Assembly (NCBI GenBank): GCA_026025075.1
Contig: JAPEUI010000087.1
Span: forward strand, 49,275-69,274
Direction: 5' to 3'
Origin: Vezdaea acicularis
Taxonomy: Eukaryota
Length of the DNA stretch: 20,000 nt
The notes beneath the pieces were generated by a model. It was not told the DNA's origin and did no database searches. It saw nothing but the letters and a program-made list of their open reading frames with translations. A program made the translations under genes and the position numbers. Shown here in pieces: positions 13,101 through 20,000 of the stretch (position 1 is its first letter; each line of letters starts with the position of its first letter).

Positions 13101-14023
13101 TCACGATATTGATCTTCGTCTACAATGAAACCTATTTCATCAAAAAGAAGGCTTGCACTGAGTTTTGGTCTGTCCACCTTTCCAGTCTTGTCCAATTTAA
13201 TTCTTGCTCGCCCACTGACAGGCTTGAGTATGAATTGATGGGTCGTGGCTTTCAGATTTTCCCCTCTGACGATCATGTCGCGTAAGGCCTTGAGTATATC
13301 CTCACGATTTGTACCTTTCGCCTCTCCCAGTATATCTTCACCCTTCTGACTCCCCAGGAGGTCGGTATCAGTATTCCAGTATATAGCCAAAGCACCAAGA
13401 GTAGCTACTTTGTGTGTCAAAGCGACCGATGTCTGAATGAAAGTTGGTTTCCAGCTTTCGTCTGTGCTTATAGCACTGAACTCCTCGAGCGTAAATCCGA
13501 CCGCGAAAGGATGACCAGGAGCTGATATTGCGTCCTCATAGCGTACGTGAATATTCTTTACCGATATTTGAAGATTATCCACTATCTTGGTGATGAGGCT
13601 TTCAGTGAAGCTTTGACTTTTCTGCTGTTCTTCTTGGCTGAGGCCATCCCCTGTTCTCTCTTTTAGCATCTCTGCGTTCTCTAGCTTTCCCATCTTGACT
13701 GCTTGCCGCCTGCGCTTTTCTTCTTCCTCGTCATAGTTGTCATCTTCCTTGGGTGCGGCAAGAAGGAAGACATCTTCAACATAAACTTTGACAGGCTTGC
13801 CCTTCAAGTTGGACCAAGGAATGGATAAAGTGAGGAGACCGATGTGCCCTTTGATGACGTTTATTGGAAGCTTCGTCTGGTCCAGCGCTTCACGCCGAAG
13901 TTCGAGATCTCGAAATTTAACATCGCCAGAGAATATGCCAACATTCAGCTGCTTTGGGTCAAAGTTGCGAATGTAGGTGCCCAGGAATCGATTAAGCAGT
14001 GTGGAAACAAGGCCTTCTAGCAT
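4189..14023 (-). CDS. VPS13: Vacuolar protein sorting-associated protein 13 (bridge-like lipid transfer protein), ~3213 aa; exons 14023-7539, 7488-7168, 7119-6756, 6708-4695, 4646-4189
   Basis: Chorein-type N-terminus MLEGLVSTLLNRFLG..., WEPLIEPW, QIDNQL, GSADFLGNPVGLF, ATG2_C-like KPLEGAEREGITGFMKGIGKG and a C-terminal PH-like region. Four GT-AG introns (7538-7489, 7167-7120, 6755-6709, 4694-4647) join all fragments into a 9642-nt frame. Confidence 0.97.
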
Positions 14024-14814
14024 CGTGAGATAGATCAGCTGTAACCCAAGCGGGGGCAAGGATGGTTTTGCTAGGCTTCACTACTTGACATAAGAAGGCG
14101 CTTTTAGTGGAAAGAAATTAGAAAGAAGACCCTAGAGTTTGATAATCATTGGACGTCGTTGATTCTGCTGCTCGCTCATGCATGACTTGAAGATCCAGTC
14201 CGTGTCTATTAGACTGAATACGTCGTATTCTAGGACTGGCTTAGAAGGCTGTGAATGAGGGGCACACGACTAGGGCCATGTACCTTGAGTTTAGGGGAGG
14301 TCTCTTGGAATACATGCGTGGCCACCGGAGAGTGCTTTCTTCATTCAGTCTATGTGAATGACGCTCCAACCAACAATTTCCTAGCGATGACGTCTCGCAT
14401 AGCTATACCTTGCAGGGGAACATTTCCAGCAACGCTGAAAGTACAATTGCCAGCATTTCATGAAACAGAACAAGACCGTACAGTGCTATAGATCCAGATT
14501 AGGAAATTCCTCCTTGTATCGCTAAAATACTGATCGATAAAGTATGGTTTCCAAGCTGCGAGACTGCATATTAATGCTTGTGCACGATATCTCTTTCGGG
14601 TTGAGCTCGCCGCTTCCCACCATTGGAGCTCTTGATTCGCTTATGCCGCCGCTAATTGATCCAGCTCCTCTGACTACAGTACCGACTTATATTTCCACGG
14701 CACCTCTTCTGCTCTGGAGATACTAGAACAAGCTTCTGCGCTACGAATCTTAGCTGAAGTATCAATTGCTGCTTCCCCATTGGGCTTGGTGCTCTCAACT
14801 GTGGTTCAGTCGCG
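14024..14814. promoter_or_regulatory. Divergent intergenic/promoter region between VPS13 and the DUF3429 gene
   Basis: Head-to-head start codons 791 bp apart, with only short ORFs of no recognisable family in between. Confidence 0.5.
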
Positions 14815-15952
14815 ATGTTGCGCAATGGAGGTACTCGTGTTCTGGTACGTGGCTTGAAAAGCTCTCCCAGGTTCTCAAGTCCACGGAAACTCTCAACGAT
14901 TCCACTATCGAGCGCATCACTCCCCCTGCCGAGCTGTTCGTTGAGCCTTAAACGACCGCAATCATTGCGAATCACCGAGTATCGGCCCAGATCCTTGGCA
15001 ATTCAGTGGTATGCAACTACCTCAGGCCCACCATTCGATCATATCGACGCCAAAAAGGAAGCTAAGATTGCGGGAAAGAAGCTCGAAGTTGATCCCGAGG
15101 ATGTCTCTACAAACTCAAGCGTTCGGTCTGTCTTTGAAGAAGGCCAAGGGCAGGAGGAGGTCGACATGCTCGCAGGCGTGAAACAAGACTTAGTATGCTT
15201 TGGCTATCCGGTACCATGCATCGCTAACAAGCGCCGTAGCAAACTATCAGGGAGACCTTCGTTCTCAGTGATGTCCCTCGCGAAGCATATTACATTGGAC
15301 TTGCTGGTGTCCTCCCCTACCTCGCAACGTCCCTTTCTACAGTTTACCTTGCCTGGGACATCAACCATGCAGCATTGACTGGATCTGGCTTTTTGTTAGA
15401 TGGAAGAACCGCAGAGTTGCTCCTGCACATCATAGAGCCACTGCAAGTTGGATATGGTGCGGTTGTAGGTATCCTCCGCCTCCTGTCATGATAATTGCTC
15501 AAGTGCTCCAGATTATCTCATTTCTGGGCGCTATACACTGGGGCTTAGAATTTGCCAAGTATGGCGGAGAGCATGGATACCGCCGATATGCTATAGGTGT
15601 TATCGCCCCAGCGATCGCTTGGCCCACTATACTGTTCCCAGTTGAATATGCTCTAATCACGCAGTTCTTGGCTTTTAACTTTCTCTACTTTACTGATGCT
15701 CGTGCCACCGTCCATGGGTGGTGTCCACCTTGGTATTCTACATACCGATTCGTTCTAACATTCATTGTCGGCGCCAGCATTGTCCTCAGCTTGATTGGTA
15801 GGGGCCAGATTGCGGATAAGGTTGGGAGGTCCCATGGTCCTGCGGACAGGGTCAAAGCTTTGAAGGATGCTCAGTGGGAGAACTTGGAGAACGAGGAGAG
15901 GGAGAAACGTGCGAAGATGGTTGCTGAAGATGAAGGTGAAGATGAAGAGTGA
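14815..15952 (+). CDS. DUF3429 / TMEM69-like multi-pass membrane protein with predicted mitochondrial presequence, ~347 aa; exons 14815-15192, 15240-15464, 15512-15952
   Basis: R/K/S-rich N-terminus with no acidic residue in the first ~50 aa. Spliced product contains GLAGVLPY and GYGAV-IISFLGAIHWG, plus PPWYSTYRFVLT. Introns 15193-15239 (GTATGC..GCTAAC..TAG) and 15465-15511 (GTAGGT..CAG). Confidence 0.85.
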
Positions 15953-17012
15953 CAAGAGCAAATAGCGCATCTCCGGCCATACTAGTCACGTTTTCTGATT
16001 GAGCAAGGCTGCTAGGGTATTCGCTCCACTTGTACTATATTATATTAGCCTTGTTGAAATCTGCAATTTTGAAGACGTTCTCAATTTCTATTATGACCGT
16101 TCTGAAGTTTATGAGCTCTGATTCAAATCGACTGCCTCGAGGACATAGCATTGTAGCCTTAGGCATTTAGTGTTCACCTCTATCATCACCCCTAGAGCGC
16201 GTACTTGTCCCTGATGTAACCCCTCAAATATGGGTTGGATCGATTTTAGGAAGTGAGGTCGAGAGAAAACGCGGAGCCTGTGGATGGATAACATATTTTT
16301 GACTGGGAAAACCACTTGAGTATAATCCTAATCTACTGTAGAAGGCCTTATTGTGCCCTACACGCCTGATCAAAATTTGCAGTATTTTTTCACATTTATA
16401 GACAATATCCTCCCTAAGTTGGCATGGCTGATAAAAGGGTACTTTTTGGAGTGTTGGTGAAAAGGCTCATGCGTCTTCACTTCCTCACGAAGCAAATACC
16501 TCCACGTGTGAGATGTGCGTGAATGAGCAGGCATTAAGATAAAGTCATGGTGGAATGGGCCTAGTCCTCAGGCAAGATAGAAGTACTGGACACCAATTAT
16601 AGTAAATATCATAGTAGTCATTAGACATCTATATACTGTCAGATACTAGGGAATCCATGCATCAGCGCTTCCACGCAATCTAGATTAAAGTGAATTATAT
16701 GGCTTGCCGCAGAGTCAGCACGGCTCCAATAATACGTAGAGCGGACTTATGACTCCATGCGCAATGGTTGGCAGGTATAGTTACCATTTGACATTGAAAC
16801 ATATCTTTCGGAAGCGGGGCTAGCTTCAAGTTGGGCGAAGTCCCCGTGGAAATCTTCAGCCTCGGTACGATTTACCTGTGATGCATGGAACAACCCCATG
16901 AACGGGCGACAACTGCCAAGCACCTTGACAGACATGACTATTTCAACAAGCTCATAGGCTACAACCTCTATTAAGAGGGATATCTATCTAGTCCATACGG
17001 TGGCAATAAGTC

Positions 17013-18723
17013 ATGGACGAACGGCCAGCATCGGCTCAATCTGCCCAGAAAGGGTTCATAGGCTCAATTGACCAGGGCACTACTAGTTCTCGGTTCTTGT
17101 TATTTGATAGTACTGGAAAGCCTGTCGCGTCTCACCAGGTAGAGTTCAAGCAATTGTATCCACAATCAGGGTGAGTACTTAATTAAAACATTTACGTGGT
17201 TCCTAATTGGATCAGGTGGCATGAGCATGACCCTTATGAATTGGTAAGGTCCGTAGAAACTTGTATTGAGGAAGCCACGAAACAATTCCTTGCGGCTGGA
17301 TATGATGTCTCAGAAATCAAAGCGATTGGGGTTACGAACCAACGAGAGACGACGCTAGTATGGGACAGCAATACAGGAGATCCTCTGAATAATGCAATTG
17401 TGTGGCCTGATACGCGGACGCAGGCTTTGGTGAGAGACCTCAAGGCCAAGAAAGGAGCATTAGACTTGCAAAGCGTCTGCGGCCTACCCCTTTCGACTTA
17501 TCCATCTTCTGTGAAATTGTTGTGGCTTTTACACAATAACAGCAAGGTCAAGAAGGCTTATGAAGATAGCCGGCTCAGCTTTGGTACAGTGGACGCGTGG
17601 TTGTTATTGAATCTTACTGGGAGATTTGTCACAGATGTTACGAACGCGTCTCGTACTATGTTCTTAAACATACACGACCTGAAGTATGATGACATACTTC
17701 TCGATTTCTTCAAACTCGACAGAAGCCAGCTCAAGCTTGCCGAAGTGGTATCTTCTAGCCATCCCGATGCATTCGGTTGTATACAGGACGGCTGTCTTAA
17801 GGGAATACCGGTGACCGGCTGCCTAGGGGACCAATCCGCCGCGCTTGTTGGACAAAGCGCATTTTCCCCTGGAATGGCGAAAAATACCTACGGCACTGGA
17901 TGCTTCTTACTTTACAACGTTGGGAACAGTCCAGTTATTTCAAAACATGGATTGCTTGCCACAGTTGCGTATGACTTGGGAAAGCCTGTCTATGCTCTTG
18001 AAGGGAGTATTGCAGTTGCTGGTAGCGCAGTGAAATTTCTAGTGAATAACCTAGGCTTCTTCAAAGAATCACACGAAATTAGCGATTTAGCTCTGACTGT
18101 CAAGGACAACGGTGGAGTGGTATTTGTGACTGCATTCAGTGGACTGTTTGCGCCCTATTGGATCGATGATGCTAAAGGTACTATCTGTAAGTCTCGCGAC
18201 CTGGCCCAGACATGGCCTGTCTAACCGAACCAGTTGGGATAACCCATCATACTGAACGGGGTCATATTGCTCGTGCGACCTTGGAAGCTACGTGTTTCCA
18301 AACCAAAGCCATTCTTGACGCAATGGAGAAAGATAGTGGACATAAGCTTCTTGAACTTGCGGTGGACGGAGGCATGAGCAATTCAGATCTCTGTATGCAG
18401 GTAAGGCATATTGTTGGGCTTGATTTTCCTCTTGAAACATCTAGTTCCCTTCGTATTGGGGATTAATTGCTAACCCTATTCCGAAGACTCAAGCTGATAT
18501 CATCGGCATTCCCGTCGACCGCCCTGCAATGAGAGAGGCAACAGCCTTAGGTGCAGCGGTTGCGGCTGGATTTGCTATTGGCTTCTGGAACGAAACTGAC
18601 GTCAAGGCCATGAATCGTGAAGGGCGTAAAGTATTCTCTCCGCAAGTCTCACAGGAAGAAAGCGAAAAAATGTTCAAACGATGGGAGCGAGCTGTGGAAA
18701 TGGGACGTGGGTGGATCGAATAA
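17013..18723 (+). CDS. GUT1: Glycerol kinase (FGGY family), ~510 aa; exons 17013-17170, 17216-18186, 18234-18400, 18487-18723
   Basis: Motifs [79 protein letters not shown]. Introns 17171-17215, 18187-18233 and 18401-18486 have canonical donors and branch sites. An in-frame TAA lies just upstream of the ATG (17007-17009). Confidence 0.96.
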
Positions 18724-18765
18724 TCAAAGAGAAGTCTCCAATGCTCAAAAAATGAAATAACCCTA

Positions 18766-19102
18766 GATCTGCACCGACAGGATCAACCCAGCACTCTAGC
18801 GCCTTTCACTACCATCCTATCATGGGTGATCGGCTGGCAAATCCATACTTGATTCCCTCTGGACCGGAAAAAACCACAGTTGGATACCTTTCAGCATATC
18901 CACCCCTAACAGCTCATTGCAGTCGCCATGGCGGCCTGAGTGCTTCCTATGCCTGAAAATACACCAGCCGTCCCACTATCAGGGTATCGGCCAATATGAA
19001 TGTATTTGTTCAGCCTGTTGACAAGGATCAAAGTCGATAGAGAGCAAAGTGGATTATGCATTGTCGTTGGGCATCCGTTGTCGATTTAACGATATTCATA
19101 TT
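18766..19102 (+). ncRNA. Candidate structured RNA (unassigned ncRNA or structured GUT1 3' UTR)
   Basis: Consecutive hand-folded hairpins at 18766-18784, 18796-18837, 18889-18958, 18967-18991 and 18993-19102, with G-U pairs that only work on the + strand. No family motif recognised. Confidence 0.3.
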
Positions 19103-19652
19103 CCCCACTGCGCCTGCGCAACGCCAGCAATTTCTGTTACTGTCGAAGAAAAGGCGAGCTTAAGACGTAACGTCTGTATAGTCGTGTGAGTTAGACCCCA
19201 AGCGCCGCCACTATGGAAAGATTACGATTTAAGTCCGTCCTCAAGTCCGAAGCTATTGAGTGAGGTTGAATATGTAACGACACAGGCGCTGGCTTATAAA
19301 GTAGGGTTGGCGAAGATGGAGATGTGAGAAGGTGTAACAGGGAGAAAGTATGGCATTAAAAAAACAGTTGCTGAAACTATGACAGATAATTCTTGTTGGT
19401 TACGAGAGTGTTTTTCTCAAGTGGAGCCCCCTCAAACAAGCGTTATTGCTCACTAAAGCGGCTTGGAACACCTGAACTATACGGTCAAAGTTTTAGTTGA
19501 AATTGAAAAAACGTCTGTATAGACATGCATGAGTGAATCGTCGAGATTGCGTGTGAATGGACCCTTAAAGGGTATTGCGAAGGCATGAACCATATTATCA
19601 GACATATGCGAGTGCAAACATGCGAGTAGGCGCGTGAAGACCTACTCGCTGT

Positions 19653-19670
19653 TTAGGGTCAGGGTCAGGG
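19653..19670 (+). repeat. Short telomere-like tandem repeat TTAGGG-TCAGGG-TCAGGG
   Basis: Directly read: ttagggtcagggtcaggg, three 6-bp units. Confidence 0.7.
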
Positions 19671-19880
19671 CGAGACGACAACATTCGCTTATAAGACGCA
19701 AAATTCGACGAATATTTACGTAAGCAATAAGCGAAGGGAGGAGCTACTTGCTGGATAGAACTGGCAATAAGATCCAAAGTTGAGCCTAAACGCTTGAAAA
19801 AGTTCATTTGCGCGTAGTGCAGGCATTGGTGACTGGATCAGTGCCCACGTTGGCGTTAAATTCCGTCCCGCAAATTATAC

Positions 19881-19909
19881 GGGCGGGAGGGTTAGGTTTA
19901 GTGGGTGGG
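19881..19909 (+). other. Potential G-quadruplex-forming sequence
   Basis: GGG-C-GGG-A-GGG-TTAGGTTTAGT-GGG-T-GGG: five G3 tracts, with one 11-nt loop. Folding is not demonstrated. Confidence 0.5.
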
Positions 19910-20000
19910 ACCACGTCGTCCGAGCCATGGCGGCCTAAGGCCACCACGAGGTGGTGGAGGGTGGGCAGGGTCGTCGATTGGCCGCCCGTGCGTCAGCGAG

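Noticed and set aside
4343..13976. Numerous 60-140 aa ORFs antisense or out of frame within VPS13
   Set aside because: Shadows of the long coding frame with no recognisable motifs, many with non-ATG starts.
14024..14059. ORF-track N-terminal extension MPPLGLQLIYLT of VPS13
   Set aside because: Starts at TTG; the conserved chorein N-terminus begins at ATG 14023.
14255..14975. Short ORFs in the VPS13/DUF3429 divergent region
   Set aside because: Mutually overlapping, no family motifs, located in probable promoter/UTR sequence.
15488..15511. In-frame ATG inside DUF3429 intron 2 as an independent gene start
   Set aside because: It lies in a well-formed 47-nt intron whose removal restores the GYGAV-IISFLGAIHWG motif.
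16810..16850. GAAGTCCCCG resembling RNase MRP conserved region I
   Set aside because: No matching downstream P4 partner (CR-V) in the right order.
1..18723. SOD2, VPS13, DUF3429 and GUT1 as a mitochondria/lipid functional gene cluster
   Set aside because: Housekeeping genes in mixed orientation with no shared motif seen; the adjacency is explicable by chance.
18745..18930. U1/U2/U5 snRNA identity for the structured region (ATTGCAGT, GCCTTTCAC, Sm-like site)
   Set aside because: The diagnostic sequences ATACTTACC (U1), GTGTAGTA (U2) and GCCTTTTAC (U5) are absent, and the partial matches lie on different strands.
19598..19807. 69-aa minus-strand ORF (MNFFKRLG...)
   Set aside because: No recognisable domain or splice support; the sequence is better explained by hairpins and the hexamer repeat.

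Overview
Compact, gene-dense fungal (filamentous ascomycete-like, Pezizomycotina) genomic DNA with very short spliceosomal introns (13 of 14 are 45-59 nt). Six protein-coding genes were rebuilt by hand from splice signals: the 3' end of a Mn/Fe superoxide dismutase (+, 1-142, missed by the ORF track), a DUF3431-family type II membrane protein (-, 315-1407), a membrane-anchored pepsin-fold protein lacking both catalytic aspartates (+, 2068-3707), VPS13 (-, 4189-14023, ~3213 aa), a mitochondrial DUF3429/TMEM69-like membrane protein (+, 14815-15952) and glycerol kinase (+, 17013-18723). The most interesting items are the apparently dead protease with a receptor-like layout and a repeated E-L-P tail, and the last ~1.3 kb. 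That stretch has no credible ORF but is packed with hairpins, telomere-like repeats, a G-quadruplex motif and two 13-bp direct repeats. It is a candidate structured ncRNA or regulatory locus that I cannot assign to a family. No mobile element, CRISPR array, rRNA or tRNA is supported.
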